Assembly (NCBI GenBank): GCA_002389045.1
Contig: DGNS01000015.1
Location: 376,894-440,893, forward strand
Source: Thiotrichaceae bacterium UBA4486
GTDB taxonomy: Bacteria > Pseudomonadota > Gammaproteobacteria > Eutrophobiales > Eutrophobiaceae
Direction: 5' to 3'
Length of the DNA stretch: 64,000 bases
Shown: positions 39,434-51,950 of the stretch, piece by piece
Layout: each line of letters begins with the position of its first letter
How positions within the stretch are numbered: position 1 is the first letter of the stretch
Position numbers and translations under genes: made by a program
Notes under the pieces: generated by a model
Told to the model about the DNA's origin: nothing
The model's input: the letters and a program-made list of their open reading frames with translations, nothing else
Database searches by the model: none

Positions 39434-40509
39434 CCTGGCTGGCGGAATATCTGACGCAGTTCCACAGCGGATTCAATGTCTTTCAATACATCACATTGAG
39501 GACCATTCTCGGCACGCTGACTTCGCTGTTCGTGGCCTTTCTCATCGGTCCGCGACTGATCCGGCAACTGAGCACCCAGCAGATCGAGCAAAGCATTCGC
39601 GATGACGGCCCGCAGACGCATCTGGAAAAGACCGGTACGCCGACCATGGGCGGGTTGTTAATCCTGGTGTCGATCATGGCCGGAACGCTGTGCTGGTCCG
39701 ATCTCTCCAACCGTTTTGTCTGGGTGGTGGTGCTGGTAACGCTGGCCTTCGGTCTCATCGGTTGGGTCGATGATTATCGCAAGGTAGTGCAGCGTAATCC
39801 GCGCGGCCTGCCGGCGCGTTATAAATATTTCTGGCAATCCGTGGTCGGTTTTGTCGCGGCACTGTTTTTATATCTTTCCGCCACTGTTCCGGCGGAAACC
39901 CAGTTGATTGTGCCGTTCGTGAAAGCCATTGTCATCGATATGGGCTGGGTCTACGTGCTGTTCAGCTATTTCGTGATTGTCGGTACCAGCAACGCAGTCA
40001 ACCTGACCGACGGTCTCGACGGTCTGGCGATCCTGCCAACGGTCATGGTTGCCGGCGCGCTGGCGATTTTTTCCTACGCCACCGGGCATCTGTATTTTTC
40101 CGATTACCTCGGCATTCCCTACGTGCCCGGCGCCGGTGAAGTGGCGGTGTTCTGTGGCGCCATGATGGGCTCCGGGCTCGGCTTCCTCTGGTTCAATACC
40201 TATCCGGCACAGGTGTTCATGGGCGATATCGGCGCCCTGGCGCTGGGCGCGGCCCTGGGTGTGGTTGCGGTGGTGGTGCGCCAGGAACTGGTGCTGGTGA
40301 TCATGGGTGGTTTGTTTGTGATCGAAACCGTGTCGGTGATTTTGCAGGTCGGATCCTTCAAATTGACCGGGCGGCGGATATTCCACATGGCCCCGTTGCA
40401 TCATCACTATGAGCTCAAGGGCTGGCCGGAGCCGCGCGTGATCGTGCGCTTCTGGATCATTACATTCATCCTGGTGCTGGTGGGTCTCGCCAGCCTGAAG
40501 ATTCGCTAG
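39427..40509 (+). CDS. mraY: Phospho-N-acetylmuramoyl-pentapeptide transferase.
   Basis: [29 protein letters not shown]... with 10 transmembrane helices. AGGAGG Shine-Dalgarno. Overlaps the murF stop. Confidence 0.93.
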   Translation: MLTWLAEYLTQFHSGFNVFQYITLRTILGTLTSLFVAFLIGPRLIRQLSTQQIEQSIRDDGPQTHLEKTGTPTMGGLLILVSIMAGTLCWSDLSNRFVWVVVLVTLAFGLIGWVDDYRKVVQRNPRGLPARYKYFWQSVVGFVAALFLYLSATVPAETQLIVPFVKAIVIDMGWVYVLFSYFVIVGTSNAVNLTDGLDGLAILPTVMVAGALAIFSYATGHLYFSDYLGIPYVPGAGEVAVFCGAMMGSGLGFLWFNTYPAQVFMGDIGALALGAALGVVAVVVRQELVLVIMGGLFVIETVSVILQVGSFKLTGRRIFHMAPLHHHYELKGWPEPRVIVRFWIITFILVLVGLASLKIR

Positions 40510-40550
40510 GGGAGCGGGTTTTGTCACATGCAGCCATACAGGGGCAAGCA

Positions 40551-41900
40551 ATGAACGACAGCAGTACGGCATTCGATACTGTGGTCATCGGTCTGGGCCA
40601 GACCGGGCTGTCCTGCGCCCGTCACCTGCAGCGTCTCGGTCTGCGCTTTGCCGTCACTGATAACCGCGACCTGCCGCCGCAACTGGCGCAGTTCAGGAAA
40701 GAATTTCCGGATGTCACGCTGGCCACCGGCAGCTTCGACGAAGGCCTGCTGGAAAATGCCCGGGAGATCCTGCTCAGCCCCGGAATTTCCCTGCAGGAAC
40801 CGGCCATCGCCAGGGCGCTTGCCCGGGGTACGCCGGTGCTGGGCGACGTGGAACTTTTCTGCCGCACGGCCGCGGCGCCCATCATTGCGGTCACCGGCTC
40901 CAACGGCAAGAGTACCGTGGTCAGCCTGGTCCATGCCATGGCGTTAAAAGCGGGACTGGCCTCGCAACTCGGCGGTAACATTGGCACCCCGGTACTGGAT
41001 CTGCTGGCAGCGGACCAGGCCGATCTCTACGTACTGGAATTGTCCAGTTTCCAACTCGAATTGACCCGTTCCATGAACGCCCGTGCTGCGGTGGTTCTGA
41101 ATATCAGTGCAGACCACATGGATCGCTACGATTCCCTGGCCAGCTACACGCAAGCCAAGGCTGCCGTATACAACGGCACGGGTGTCATGGTGATCAACCT
41201 GGATGATCCATTGGTGAACGCTATGCGCGAGCCGCAACGTTCGTGGATCGGTTTTTCGAATTCCGCACCCGGCGGAGACAATTTCGGTTTGCAAACCGTC
41301 CGCGGCGTGACCTGGCTGATGCACGGTCAGAGGCGATTGATCCAGGCTGCTGATCTGCGCCTTCGTGGTCAACACAATCACCTGAACGCCCTGGCGGCGC
41401 TGGCGCTGGGTCAGGCTGCCGGATTACCCATGCCGGTCATGCTCGATGCCTTGCGAGCGTTCGAAGGCCTGCCGCACCGCTGTCAGCGTGTACGGGTGCT
41501 GGGCGGTGTGGACTGGATCAACGATTCCAAGGGTACCAACGTCGGCGCCAGCTGTGCCGCCATCGAGAGCCTGGCGGGTGAAAACAACCTCATCCTCATA
41601 GCCGGTGGCGAGGGCAAGGGCGCGGATTTTTCACCGCTGATCGCGGCCATGCAAGATCGGGTGCGTGTGGTCATTACCCTGGGTCGTGACGGGCCGGCTA
41701 TTGCCGGGTTGCTACCACCCGGCATGCCGCATCAGCCGGTAACGACCATGGAGGAAGCGGTACAACATGCCGCGGAACATGCCCGGCCCGGTGATACGGT
41801 GCTGTTGTCACCGGCCTGCGCCAGCCTCGATATGTTTACGGATTATGCTGAACGGGGCCGTTGTTTTGCAGCGGCTGTGCACGCCCTGGGAGATGCATGA
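40551..41900 (+). CDS. murD: UDP-N-acetylmuramoylalanine--D-glutamate ligase.
   Basis: MNDSSTAFDTVVIGLGQTGLSC... aligns to the E. coli MurD N-terminus. P-loop GSNGKST. Confidence 0.9.
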   Translation: MNDSSTAFDTVVIGLGQTGLSCARHLQRLGLRFAVTDNRDLPPQLAQFRKEFPDVTLATGSFDEGLLENAREILLSPGISLQEPAIARALARGTPVLGDVELFCRTAAAPIIAVTGSNGKSTVVSLVHAMALKAGLASQLGGNIGTPVLDLLAADQADLYVLELSSFQLELTRSMNARAAVVLNISADHMDRYDSLASYTQAKAAVYNGTGVMVINLDDPLVNAMREPQRSWIGFSNSAPGGDNFGLQTVRGVTWLMHGQRRLIQAADLRLRGQHNHLNALAALALGQAAGLPMPVMLDALRAFEGLPHRCQRVRVLGGVDWINDSKGTNVGASCAAIESLAGENNLILIAGGEGKGADFSPLIAAMQDRVRVVITLGRDGPAIAGLLPPGMPHQPVTTMEEAVQHAAEHARPGDTVLLSPACASLDMFTDYAERGRCFAAAVHALGDA

Positions 41901-43099
41901 TGGCCGGTAGAACACAGGCGGTTCTGAAACAAGCGCCGGATTCCGAACGGGACTTCATCCAGCGCTATGATGGCTGGCTGATTACCGTCATCCTGTTCCT
42001 GCTCTGCCTTGGTCTGACCATGGTGGCCTCGTCATCCGTGGCCATTGCCGATCGCGCCTACCACGATCCGCTGTTTTTTTTCTGGCGGCAACTGGTGGCG
42101 GTGATCGCAGGTGTCAGTGCAGGTCTGGTAGTGATGCACATTCCGATGAAAATCTGGCAGTCGATGAGTGTGCCCTTGCTCGCTGTTGGTGTACTGCTGT
42201 TGATCCTGGTGCTGGTGCCCGGTGTGGGCAAGGAAGTCAACGGCAGTATGCGCTGGATCAGCCTGGGTCCGGTGGCGTTTCAGGCTTCAGAGCCGGTGAA
42301 GCTGTGCATCATCGCCTACATCGCCGGCTATCTCGTGCGTCAGAACGAGCAGGTCAAGACCACGTTTGCCGGTTTCATCCGGCCGATTCTTATCGTCACG
42401 ATGATTTCCGGCCTGCTGTTGCTGGAACCGGATTACGGCGCCTGCATTGTTCTGTTTGCTACCACGCTGGGTATGCTGTTTCTGGCCGGTGTACCCTTGA
42501 GCCGGTTTTTTTCCTGGGTGCTGGTGGCCTCGACGGCGCTGGCTTCGCTGGCGGTGTTATCACCCTACCGGATGCAGCGGCTGATGAGTTTCGTTGATCC
42601 CTGGCAGGACCCTTATAACACCGGTTTCCAGTTGACCCAGGCCCTGATTGCCTTTGGCCGCGGCGAATGGTTCGGTGCCGGACTGGGCAGTGGTGTGCAA
42701 AAACTGTTTTATCTGCCCGAGGCGCATACCGATTTCGTCTTCGCCGTTATCGCCGAAGAGCTTGGCCTGGTGACGGTGGTGGTGGTCATTTTACTGTTCG
42801 GTTTCCTGGTCATCCGTTCACTCATCATCGGTCAGGTAGCCGAATCCAGTGGTCGCCTGTTTGCCGGTTATTTCGCCTACGGCATCGGCCTGTTACTGGG
42901 AGTACAAAGCTTCATCAATATCGGTGTCAATATGGGACTGTTGCCGACCAAGGGGCTGACCCTGCCGCTGCTGAGTTATGGCGGTAACAGCGTTTTCATC
43001 ACCTGTATCCTGCTCGGGATCCTGTTGCGTATCGAGTATGAAAATCGTCATGCCTCGTTGGCCGAGGCCTCAAAAACGGTGACCACCTATGTTGCTTAG
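41897..43099 (+). CDS. ftsW: Peptidoglycan glycosyltransferase FtsW (SEDS family).
   Basis: 10 transmembrane helices, SEDS signature. ATGA overlap with murD. Confidence 0.9.
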   Translation: MMAGRTQAVLKQAPDSERDFIQRYDGWLITVILFLLCLGLTMVASSSVAIADRAYHDPLFFFWRQLVAVIAGVSAGLVVMHIPMKIWQSMSVPLLAVGVLLLILVLVPGVGKEVNGSMRWISLGPVAFQASEPVKLCIIAYIAGYLVRQNEQVKTTFAGFIRPILIVTMISGLLLLEPDYGACIVLFATTLGMLFLAGVPLSRFFSWVLVASTALASLAVLSPYRMQRLMSFVDPWQDPYNTGFQLTQALIAFGRGEWFGAGLGSGVQKLFYLPEAHTDFVFAVIAEELGLVTVVVVILLFGFLVIRSLIIGQVAESSGRLFAGYFAYGIGLLLGVQSFINIGVNMGLLPTKGLTLPLLSYGGNSVFITCILLGILLRIEYENRHASLAEASKTVTTYVA

Positions 43100-43166
43100 C
43101 CCGCATTTCACACCAGTGTTTGTCACGGCGAGCGGATCGGCGTCTGCAGTAGAGGGGTGGTGAGAA

Positions 43167-44264
43167 ATGCCGGCTAAAACGATCCTGATCATGGCGGGCG
43201 GTACCGGTGGGCATGTCTACCCGGCGCTGGCCGTGGCCCGTGAACTGCTGCATCGGGGTGAAACGGTAGAGTGGCTGGGCACCCGGCAGGGACTGGAGGC
43301 GCGTATCGTTCCCGAGCAGTGTATTCCACTGCACACGATCCATATTCTGGGATTGCGCGGCAAGGGTCTGTTACGGCTGTGCCTGGCGCCGGTACTGGTC
43401 CTGCGGGCCATGATCGAGTCCATGCAGATCCTGCGTCGCGTGCGTCCTGCCGTGGTGCTGGGCATGGGCGGTTTTGTCAGCGGACCCGGTGGCATCGCTG
43501 CCTGGTTGTTGCGGTTACCCCTGTGCATTCACGAACAGAACGCCATTGCCGGCCTGACCAATCGCCTGTTACGACCCCTGGCCCGGGTGGTGTTGCAGGC
43601 CTTCCCCGGTACCTTTACTCCGGGTCAAAACGTCTATACGCCGGGGAACCCGGTGCGCGCAGAATTTCTCGATATTCCACTACCGGCACAACGTTTCCGG
43701 CAGCGGGATCATGAGACCGTCAGGTTACTCGTGGTCGGCGGCAGTCTGGGGGCTCTGACCCTGAACCGGGTAGTGCCGGCCGCGCTGGCCGCGTTGCCGG
43801 CCACGATGCATTTCCAGGTTCGTCACCAGACCGGGCCGCGGCACATTGAGATGACCAGAAACTGCTACAGGGACAACGGGATGGAGGCCGAAATCGTTGA
43901 TTATATCGAGGACATGGCAGCGGCCTACAGCTGGACCGATCTGGTGGTTTGCCGCGCCGGCGCCATGACCATTGCCGAGCTCGCCGCCGTGGGCGTGGGG
44001 TCCATACTGGTACCGTATCCCCATGCCGTGGATGATCATCAGACGGCGAACGCCTGTTACCTGACCGACACCGGCTGCGCCGTATTGATACCGGAGCATG
44101 AACTCAGCGCCGCTAAACTGGCCGCGGTGCTAACAGAACTGTGTGCGTCACGGCAGCGGCTGCTGAGCATGGCCGAAGAGTGCCGGTCGCTGGCCAGACC
44201 TCACGCTACCCGTGAGGTCATCAACCACTGCCTGGAGGTGGCCTGTGCCCGGTCTGCAAAATGA
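43167..44264 (+). CDS. murG: UDP-N-acetylglucosamine--N-acetylmuramyl-(pentapeptide) pyrophosphoryl-undecaprenol N-acetylglucosamine transferase.
   Basis: [18 protein letters not shown], a G-loop characteristic of MurG. Confidence 0.93.
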   Translation: MPAKTILIMAGGTGGHVYPALAVARELLHRGETVEWLGTRQGLEARIVPEQCIPLHTIHILGLRGKGLLRLCLAPVLVLRAMIESMQILRRVRPAVVLGMGGFVSGPGGIAAWLLRLPLCIHEQNAIAGLTNRLLRPLARVVLQAFPGTFTPGQNVYTPGNPVRAEFLDIPLPAQRFRQRDHETVRLLVVGGSLGALTLNRVVPAALAALPATMHFQVRHQTGPRHIEMTRNCYRDNGMEAEIVDYIEDMAAAYSWTDLVVCRAGAMTIAELAAVGVGSILVPYPHAVDDHQTANACYLTDTGCAVLIPEHELSAAKLAAVLTELCASRQRLLSMAEECRSLARPHATREVINHCLEVACARSAK

Positions 44265-44268
44265 ACTC

Positions 44269-45696
44269 ATGGGCCGGGTCAAGCACCTGCACTTCGTCGG
44301 CATTGGCGGTGCCGGTATGAGCGGTATAGCTGAAGTCATGCACAACCTGGGCTACCAGGTGAGCGGTTCCGACCTGCGTGCCGGACGGACCACGGAATAT
44401 CTGCAATCCCTGGGGATAGACGTAGCCATCGGTCATCATGCAGCCAACGTCAAGGGTTGCGATGTCGTGGTCTACTCCAGTGCAGTTGACCAGGACAATC
44501 CGGAAATGCTGCAGGCCAACGAATTACGCATCCCGACCATACCCCGGGCGGAGATGCTGGCTGAACTGATGCGTTTCCGGATCGGTATCGCCGTGGCCGG
44601 AACGCATGGCAAGACCACCACGACCAGCCTGATTGCCAGCCTGCTGGCCGAGGACGGTCTGGATCCGACCTACGTCATCGGCGGTTTGTTGAATAGCTCG
44701 GGTACACATGCCCGGCTCGGCGCCGGTCGTTACCTGGTGGCCGAGGCCGATGAAAGCGATGCCTCCTTTCTGCATTTGCAACCGGTGATGGCGGTACTCA
44801 CCAATATTGACGATGACCATCTGCAGACCTACCAGGGGGACTACCAGTGCCTGCGTGACAATTTTCTCGAATTTCTCCATCACCTGCCGTTTTACGGTCT
44901 GGCAGTCGTCTGTGTGAATGACCCCGGGGTGCGTGCCGTTTTGCCCCGGATCAGCAAGCCGGTCCTCACCTATGGCATCGATTGCGAGGCTGACGTCTAT
45001 GCCCGCATTACCCGGCAGGATCAGCACCGGACCTGGTTCGAGGTCATGCGACCGGGATCACGGGACTGGCTGCAGGTGGAACTGAATCTGCCCGGCGCCC
45101 ACAACGTCCTCAACGCGCTGGCCGCCATCGCCATCGCCAGCGAACTGCAGGTATCCGATGCGGCGATTCAATCGGCGCTGGCCGGCTTCCAGGGCATCGC
45201 GCGGCGCTGCCAGGTTGTCGGTGAAATTGCTTGCGCTCAGGGTCAGGCCCTGTTTATCGATGATTACGGTCATCATCCCAGCGAGATCGCCGCGACGCTG
45301 GCCGCCATCCGCGAGGGCTGGCCCGGCCGGCGGCTGGTGGTGATCTTTCAACCGCATCGTTATACGCGCACCCGCGATTTGTTCGAGGATTTCACCCAGG
45401 TTCTGAGCGATGCGGATATTCTGCTGATCCTGGAAGTCTACGGAGCTGGCGAATCGCCGCTGCCCGGCGCCGACAGCCGTTCCCTGTGCCGCGCCATCCG
45501 GCTGCGTGGCCAGGTGGATCCGGTCTTTGCCGAGGATCGCGGCGAAGTGCCGGAACTGCTGCGCACACTGGTGAAAGATAACGATATTGTCCTGACGCTG
45601 GGCGCCGGTGATGTGGGGCAACTGGTAGCCGAGATCAAGTCCGCATTTGCACCGCTGTTGCAAGAAGTCGGGAACTCGACGGGGGCTACGGAGTGA
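44269..45696 (+). CDS. murC: UDP-N-acetylmuramate--L-alanine ligase.
   Basis: [16 protein letters not shown]...[10 protein letters not shown]. The start at 44269 lies 4 nt after the murG stop. Confidence 0.93.
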   Translation: MGRVKHLHFVGIGGAGMSGIAEVMHNLGYQVSGSDLRAGRTTEYLQSLGIDVAIGHHAANVKGCDVVVYSSAVDQDNPEMLQANELRIPTIPRAEMLAELMRFRIGIAVAGTHGKTTTTSLIASLLAEDGLDPTYVIGGLLNSSGTHARLGAGRYLVAEADESDASFLHLQPVMAVLTNIDDDHLQTYQGDYQCLRDNFLEFLHHLPFYGLAVVCVNDPGVRAVLPRISKPVLTYGIDCEADVYARITRQDQHRTWFEVMRPGSRDWLQVELNLPGAHNVLNALAAIAIASELQVSDAAIQSALAGFQGIARRCQVVGEIACAQGQALFIDDYGHHPSEIAATLAAIREGWPGRRLVVIFQPHRYTRTRDLFEDFTQVLSDADILLILEVYGAGESPLPGADSRSLCRAIRLRGQVDPVFAEDRGEVPELLRTLVKDNDIVLTLGAGDVGQLVAEIKSAFAPLLQEVGNSTGATE

Positions 45697-46631
45697 ATGT
45701 GCCGGCTTTACGCACAGACCCGCGAGAGTCCGCTTTACCGGTGGTCAATGCTATGAACAGCAGCAGTGGCATTTTGCGACAGGATGTGTCGATGGAACAG
45801 TATTGCTCATGGCGCACGGGTGGCCTGGCCCGGCAATGGTACGAACCCGCGGACCTGGACGATTTGTGCCGCTTTATCGCCACCCTGCCGCATACCGAGC
45901 CGCTGTTGTGGCTGGGACTGGGTAGCAACCTGCTGGTGCGCGACGGCGGATTCCCCGGCACAGTGATCAGTATTGCCCGGGTCCTCAATCGCATTGAGCC
46001 ATTGGCGGATCACGGTGTTCGAGTGGAGGCCGGCGTGCCGTGCCCGAAGCTGGCGCGCTACTGTGCCGCCGAAGGGCTGGCCGGAGCCGAATTTCTGGTC
46101 GGTATTCCCGGCACCATGGGCGGCGCCCTGGCCATGAACGCCGGCGCCTTCGGTGGTGAAACCTGGGATATCGTCGACAGCGTGGAAACACTGGACCGGT
46201 ACGGGATTCGCCATGTACGCCGGCCGGAGGATTTCGTCATCGACTATCGGCAGGTGCGGTGCGGTCACGAAGAATGGTTTGTTGCCGCCTGTTTACGCCT
46301 GCGCCCGGATACGGATCACAAGGCCCGCGAGCGCATGCGCGGCTGGTTGCAGCAGCGTGCCGAAACCCAGCCCATGGGCCAGCCCTCCTGCGGTTCGGTA
46401 TTCCGCAATCCGCCGGGTGATCATGCGGCACGTCTGATCGAGGCCAGTGGGCTGAAAGGCCATTGCATCGGCGGTGCCTGCGTTTCGGACAAGCACGCCA
46501 ATTTCATTATCAACCGCGGCGGCGCCAGCGCTACCGACATAGAACAGTTGATAGAACTGATCCGGCAAACCGTGAAGGCGGATCACGACATTGAATTGCA
46601 ACCCGAGGTCCACATTGTTGGTAATCCCTGA
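45693..46631 (+). CDS. murB: UDP-N-acetylenolpyruvoylglucosamine reductase.
   Basis: FAD-binding PCMH domain ...GLGSNLL...SCGSVFRNP. Starts at GTG 45693, overlapping the murC stop as GTGA. In-frame ATGs at 45753 and 45792 are alternative starts. Confidence 0.85.
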   Translation: MNVPALRTDPRESALPVVNAMNSSSGILRQDVSMEQYCSWRTGGLARQWYEPADLDDLCRFIATLPHTEPLLWLGLGSNLLVRDGGFPGTVISIARVLNRIEPLADHGVRVEAGVPCPKLARYCAAEGLAGAEFLVGIPGTMGGALAMNAGAFGGETWDIVDSVETLDRYGIRHVRRPEDFVIDYRQVRCGHEEWFVAACLRLRPDTDHKARERMRGWLQQRAETQPMGQPSCGSVFRNPPGDHAARLIEASGLKGHCIGGACVSDKHANFIINRGGASATDIEQLIELIRQTVKADHDIELQPEVHIVGNP

Positions 46632-46644
46632 ACTGGAACAGCGC

Positions 46645-47595
46645 ATGAGCGAGGCAAACGACAAATCCGTACTGTCAGCGCATCCGCATGACTACGGCAA
46701 GGTGGCCGTGCTGATGGGCGGTCATTCCGCCGAACGGGCCATTTCACTACAAAGTGGTGAAGCCGTGCTCAACGCGTTGCGGCAAAGCGGTGTGGATGCC
46801 CATGCCTTTGACCCGGCCAACATCGCGCTGACGGAATTGCTCAAGCAGGGTTTTGATCGCGCATTCATCGCCCTGCATGGTCGCGGTGGAGAAGATGGCC
46901 GCATCCAGGGTGCGCTGGAATCGCTGGGAGTACCTTACACCGGCAGTGGCGTGCTGGCCTCGGCCCTGGGAATGGACAAGTGCCGAAGCAAGCGCCTGTG
47001 GCAGAGTGCCGGTCTGCCGACACCGGATTTCATGCCGGCGACGGCTGCCAGCGATGCCGCCGCCATTATCGACAGGCTGGGTTTGCCGCTGATGGTCAAA
47101 CCATCGCGGGAAGGTTCCAGCCTCGGCGCCAGCAAGGTCAAGACCGTGGCTGAATTCGAACCGGCGCTGCAGCAGGCACTGGCTTTGGATGACGAGGTGC
47201 TGGCCGAGGTCTGGATTACCGGCGCCGAATACACGGTGCCGATCCTGAACGGGCGGGTGTTGCCCATCATTCGCCTGCAAACGCCGCGTGAGTTTTACGA
47301 CTACGTCGCCAAGTACGAAGCCGACACGACGCAATACATCTGCCCCTGTGGCCTTGACGGGGCGGTCGAGCAGCAACTGGGTGAACTTGCCCTGGAGGCG
47401 TTTGCCATGCTCGATGCAAGCGGTTGGGGCCGGGTTGACCTGATGCTCGATGAGCAACAGTCGCCGTGGCTGATCGAGGTCAACACGGTGCCGGGCATGA
47501 CCAGCCACAGTCTGGTGCCCATGGCGGCGAAACAGGCGGGAATCGAATTCAATCAACTGGTACTGGAAATACTGCGCGGGAGTCTGCAGCCATGA
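46645..47595 (+). CDS. ddl: D-alanine--D-alanine ligase.
   Basis: [20 protein letters not shown]... with an ATP-grasp core. Confidence 0.92.
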   Translation: MSEANDKSVLSAHPHDYGKVAVLMGGHSAERAISLQSGEAVLNALRQSGVDAHAFDPANIALTELLKQGFDRAFIALHGRGGEDGRIQGALESLGVPYTGSGVLASALGMDKCRSKRLWQSAGLPTPDFMPATAASDAAAIIDRLGLPLMVKPSREGSSLGASKVKTVAEFEPALQQALALDDEVLAEVWITGAEYTVPILNGRVLPIIRLQTPREFYDYVAKYEADTTQYICPCGLDGAVEQQLGELALEAFAMLDASGWGRVDLMLDEQQSPWLIEVNTVPGMTSHSLVPMAAKQAGIEFNQLVLEILRGSLQP

Positions 47596-48392
47596 GTGCC
47601 GGCCTGGCCGAAGTCCTGCGTCACGAAGAGGGCCCGGCAGCGCCGAAAACGGCGCCGTTACGGGCCGCGCCACAGGCCGGGGAAGCACCGTCGCGTAACC
47701 GGCTGCAGCACCTGGTGTTGCTGGTCTTCGTGTTGCTGGTGGGGTGGGGCGTGTACCAGTTGTCACTGCCGGGGACATTACCCATCAAGCATGTGCGCAT
47801 CAGCGGTGATTTCCGGCAATTGCAACCGGAACATATGCAGACACTGGTCACGAACGCGGTGCGCGGCGGGTTTTTCAACGTCAACGTCGGCACGATTCGC
47901 GACATCCTGCTCGAGGATCCCTGGGTGCAGGATGTGGTGGTGCAACGGGTCTGGCCGGAGACGCTGCGCGTCAAGGTAATTGAACACAGACCGTTGACGC
48001 GTTGGGGTGAGGACAGCCTGTTGAATACCGAGGGCCGGCGTTTCATGCCGCAGGCAGACACGATACCGGAGGGTTTGCCATTGCTTGACGGCCCCGACGG
48101 CAGCGAGGCCGTGTTACTGAGGCGGTTTAATGAAATCAACAAGCGCTTGCAACCCCTGGGATTGTCGGTGACACGGCTGCAGCAGGACTCCCGGCGTTCC
48201 TGGCGCTTTGCCGTGGATGCCGGTTTCCAGGTGATGCTGGGGCGCAAGGATTTTGCCCGGCGCCTGGCTCGTTTTGTTGAGAAGGCGCCACAGGCGTTGA
48301 TCGGCAGAATCGAACAGGTAGACGAGGTGGATATGCGTTATACCAACGGTTTTTCAGTGCGCTGGAAAAAGCAGGATTCAAAGCAGAATTAA
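47592..48392 (+). CDS. ftsQ: Cell division protein FtsQ.
   Basis: Bitopic protein with POTRA and FtsQ beta domains. ATGA overlap with ddl. The upstream part of the track ORF is not a real extension. Confidence 0.8.
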   Translation: MSAGLAEVLRHEEGPAAPKTAPLRAAPQAGEAPSRNRLQHLVLLVFVLLVGWGVYQLSLPGTLPIKHVRISGDFRQLQPEHMQTLVTNAVRGGFFNVNVGTIRDILLEDPWVQDVVVQRVWPETLRVKVIEHRPLTRWGEDSLLNTEGRRFMPQADTIPEGLPLLDGPDGSEAVLLRRFNEINKRLQPLGLSVTRLQQDSRRSWRFAVDAGFQVMLGRKDFARRLARFVEKAPQALIGRIEQVDEVDMRYTNGFSVRWKKQDSKQN

Positions 48393-48402
48393 CGAGTGAA
48401 CT

Positions 48403-49638
48403 ATGGCGAAGAGAACTGATAAAAAACTGATCGTCGGTCTGGATGTAGGCACCTCCAAGGTCGTGGCTATCGTCGGCGAAATCACACCGGACGACGAGGT
48501 CGAGGTGATCGGGATTGGCTCAAGCCGTTCCCGCGGTCTGAAAAAGGGTGTAGTGGTCAACATCGAATCAACGGTGCAGTCCATTCAGCGTTCCATCGAG
48601 GAAGCGGAACTGATGGCGGGATGCGAGATCCATTCGGTGTTCACCGGTATCGCCGGCAGCCATATCCGCAGTCTCAATTCCCACGGTATTGTCGCCATAC
48701 GTGATAACGAGGTCTCGATCGGTGATGTCGACCGCGTCATCGACGCCGCCAAGGCCGTGGCCATTCCGGCGGATCAGAAGATCCTGCACATCCTGCCGCA
48801 GGAATTCATTATCGATAACCAGGAAGGTGTGAAAGAACCCATCGGCATGTCCGGGGTCCGGCTCGAGGCCAAAGTGCATATGGTCACCGGCGCCGTCAGT
48901 GCCGCCCAGAACATTATCAAATGCGTGCGCCGCTGCGGTCTGGAAGTGGACGACATCATTCTTGAGCAGCTTGCCTCCAGTTACTCGGTACTGACCGACG
49001 ACGAGAAGGAACTCGGCGTGTGTATGGTGGACATCGGTGGCGGGACCACGGATATCGCCGTGTTTACCGAGGGCGCCATTCACCATACAGCGGTCATTCC
49101 CATCGCCGGTGACCAGGTTACCAACGACATCGCCGTGGCCCTGCGTACCCCCACCCAGCACGCCGAGGACATCAAGGTGCAGTATGCCTGCGCGCTGACC
49201 CAGCTGGCCAATGCCGAGGAAAGTATCGAAGTGCCCAGTGTCGGTGATCGGCCGCCGCGGCGGCTCGCGCGCCAGACCCTGGCCGAGGTGGTGGAACCGC
49301 GCTACGAGGAACTGTTTACGCTGGTCCAGGCCGAGCTTCGGCGCAGTGGCTTCGAGGACCTGATTGCGGCCGGCATCGTCCTCACCGGGGGCAGTTCGAA
49401 GATGGAAGGCGCCATCGATCTGGCCGAGGAGATTTTTCATATGCCGGTGCGCATGGGCCTGCCGCAATACGTATCCGGTCTTTCCGACGTGGTGAAGAAC
49501 CCGATCTACGCAACCGGCGTCGGTTTATTACTGTTTGGCAGGAAGCATGCCCAGGACGCAGTACCGCATTACCGGATGGATGCCGGTGTCCAGGGCGTGT
49601 GGCAAAGAATGAGGAGCTGGTTCCAGGGTAATTTCTAG
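48403..49638 (+). CDS. ftsA: Cell division protein FtsA.
   Basis: MAKRTDKKLIVGLDVGTSKV... is collinear with E. coli FtsA. Confidence 0.95.
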   Translation: MAKRTDKKLIVGLDVGTSKVVAIVGEITPDDEVEVIGIGSSRSRGLKKGVVVNIESTVQSIQRSIEEAELMAGCEIHSVFTGIAGSHIRSLNSHGIVAIRDNEVSIGDVDRVIDAAKAVAIPADQKILHILPQEFIIDNQEGVKEPIGMSGVRLEAKVHMVTGAVSAAQNIIKCVRRCGLEVDDIILEQLASSYSVLTDDEKELGVCMVDIGGGTTDIAVFTEGAIHHTAVIPIAGDQVTNDIAVALRTPTQHAEDIKVQYACALTQLANAEESIEVPSVGDRPPRRLARQTLAEVVEPRYEELFTLVQAELRRSGFEDLIAAGIVLTGGSSKMEGAIDLAEEIFHMPVRMGLPQYVSGLSDVVKNPIYATGVGLLLFGRKHAQDAVPHYRMDAGVQGVWQRMRSWFQGNF

Positions 49639-49724
49639 AGGGCGCTGATTGTTGATCCTGAATCAATCAGGGAACTCTGACTGAAGTACACATAACAGAA
49701 GTATACATTGAGGAGGATAGGACT

Positions 49725-50864
49725 ATGTTTGAACTGGTCGATGCTGCAAACAGCACAGCGGTAATCAAGGTCGTCGGTGTCGGCGGTGGTGGCGGCAATG
49801 CCGTACAGCACATGCTGTCATCCTCGATAGAAGGGGTGGAATTTATTTGTGCCAATACCGATTCACAGGCACTGAAAAATTCCACTGCGAAAACCGTCCT
49901 GCAACTGGGTAGTAACATGACCAAGGGACTGGGCGCCGGGGCCGACCCCGATATCGGTCGCCAGGCGGCACTGGAAGACAGAGACCGCATCATGGATGTG
50001 CTGGAGGGGTCCGATATGGTGTTTATTACCGCCGGTATGGGCGGTGGCACCGGTACCGGTGCCGCACCGATTGTGGCGCAGGTGGCCAGGGAAATGGGCA
50101 TTCTCACCGTGGCAGTCGTTACCCGCCCGTTTGTATTCGAGGGTAACAAGCGTGCCAAGGTTGCCGATGACGGCATCAAGGATCTGAGCCAGTTCGTGGA
50201 TTCGTTGATCACGATTCCCAACGAAAAACTGTTGAGTGTCCTCGGTCGCGAGGTCAGCCTGCTGAATGCCTTCGGCGCCGCCAACGATGTTCTACTCGGT
50301 GCGGTTCAGGGTATTGCCGAGCTGATCACCCGGCCCGGACTCATTAATGTTGATTTTGCCGACGTACGCACGGTCATGTCCGAGATGGGTATGGCCATGA
50401 TGGGCTCCGGCAAGGCCCAGGGTGAGGGTCGGGCCAGGATGGCCGCCGAGTCGGCGATTTCCAGCCCGTTGCTGGAGGACGTGAACCTGTCCGGCGCCCG
50501 CGGTATCCTGGTCAACATTACCGCCGGTATGGATCTCGCGATCGGTGAGTTCGATGAGGTCGGCAACACCGTCAAGCAGTTCGCTTCGGAAAATGCCACC
50601 GTTGTCGTGGGTACCGTGATCGATGCGGAAATGAGTGGTGATATTCGCGTTACCATTGTTGCCACGGGCCTCGGCGTTGAGAAAAAGTCAGTCGAGGAAC
50701 CGGTCAGGCTGGTGGAAAATACCGTGGAAAAGGTTGATTATCGTGATTTTGATCGGCCGACGGTGATGCGCCAGAAAAATGCCGGTGAGCAGGGACATGC
50801 CGTGGACAACAATGATCCGGATTATCTGGATATTCCGGCTTTTTTACGTCGGCAGGCAGATTGA
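49725..50864 (+). CDS. ftsZ: Cell division GTPase FtsZ.
   Basis: [27 protein letters not shown] with the tubulin signature GGGTGTG. Confidence 0.97.
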   Translation: MFELVDAANSTAVIKVVGVGGGGGNAVQHMLSSSIEGVEFICANTDSQALKNSTAKTVLQLGSNMTKGLGAGADPDIGRQAALEDRDRIMDVLEGSDMVFITAGMGGGTGTGAAPIVAQVAREMGILTVAVVTRPFVFEGNKRAKVADDGIKDLSQFVDSLITIPNEKLLSVLGREVSLLNAFGAANDVLLGAVQGIAELITRPGLINVDFADVRTVMSEMGMAMMGSGKAQGEGRARMAAESAISSPLLEDVNLSGARGILVNITAGMDLAIGEFDEVGNTVKQFASENATVVVGTVIDAEMSGDIRVTIVATGLGVEKKSVEEPVRLVENTVEKVDYRDFDRPTVMRQKNAGEQGHAVDNNDPDYLDIPAFLRRQAD

Positions 50865-50919
50865 TGTAGAATATCGACGCTTCACCAGCGCGGGGGAATG
50901 GCGAAAAACAAACTGTCGC

Positions 50920-50948
50920 TTGACAGAGTGTAACTTTCGCAGTTAAAT
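50920..50948 (+). promoter_or_regulatory. Putative sigma70 promoter of lpxC.
   Basis: TTGACA (50920-50925), a 17-nt spacer, then TTAAAT (50943-50948). Confidence 0.35.
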
Positions 50949-51008
50949 CCAGTAGTTACGTAGGATTGCGTCACAGCATAATGGATAATAAAGGGCCAAG
51001 TACGCTAA

Positions 51009-51920
51009 ATGATAAGGCAACGCACGCTTAAGAATGCCATACGGGCAACCGGGGTCGGATTACACACTGGCAAAAAAGTCTTCCTGACCCTGCGGCCGAG
51101 TCCTCCCGATACGGGGATTATTTTCAGGCGCACGGACCTGGATGAGCAGGTTGAAATCAAGGCCTGTCCGGATAATGTCGGCGATACCCAGTTGTCCACC
51201 ACGCTTGTCAACGGGGATGCCCGGATTTCCACGGTAGAACACCTGTTATCGGCATTGGCGGGTTTTGGCATCGACAATGCCTACATTGATGTCAGTGCCG
51301 ACGAAGTGCCGATTATGGATGGCAGCGCCGGACCGTTTGTTTTTCTCATCCAGTCCGCCGGCGTCGTTGAACAGAATGCGCCCAAGCAGTTCATGCGCAT
51401 TCGCAAACCGGTAAAAGTCGAGGAAGATGACAAGTGGGCGCGTTTCGAGCCCTTTGACGGTTTCAAGGTGGGCTTCACTATCGAATTCAATCACCCCGTC
51501 TTTCATGAAGAAAACTGTCACGCCGAGATCGATTTTTCAACCACCTCTTTTGTCAAGGAAGTCAGTCGCGCCCGTACCTTCGGCTTCATGCGAGAAGTTG
51601 AATTGCTGCGCGAACGCAACCTCGCCCTGGGCGGCAGTCTCGACAACGCCGTTGTTGTGGATGATTACCGCATTCTGAACGAAGACGGGTTACGATATGA
51701 TGACGAGTGTGTGAAACACAAGATCCTCGACGCTATCGGTGATTTGTATCTGTTGGGGCACAGCCTGATCGGCGCCTTTCATGGTCACAAGTCCGGTCAT
51801 GCGCTTAATAATCACCTGTTGAGAGAATTGCTGGCTGATGAGGATGCCTGGGAACTGGCTACATTTGATGATGAACGGATGTTGCCGATTTCCTTCATGC
51901 AGGCCTTATCAGCAACCTGA
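51009..51920 (+). CDS. lpxC: UDP-3-O-acyl-N-acetylglucosamine deacetylase.
   Basis: [24 protein letters not shown]... is collinear with E. coli LpxC. Confidence 0.95.
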   Translation: MIRQRTLKNAIRATGVGLHTGKKVFLTLRPSPPDTGIIFRRTDLDEQVEIKACPDNVGDTQLSTTLVNGDARISTVEHLLSALAGFGIDNAYIDVSADEVPIMDGSAGPFVFLIQSAGVVEQNAPKQFMRIRKPVKVEEDDKWARFEPFDGFKVGFTIEFNHPVFHEENCHAEIDFSTTSFVKEVSRARTFGFMREVELLRERNLALGGSLDNAVVVDDYRILNEDGLRYDDECVKHKILDAIGDLYLLGHSLIGAFHGHKSGHALNNHLLRELLADEDAWELATFDDERMLPISFMQALSAT

Positions 51921-51950
51921 GTACCATTAACAACTTATAATAAAGAATAA

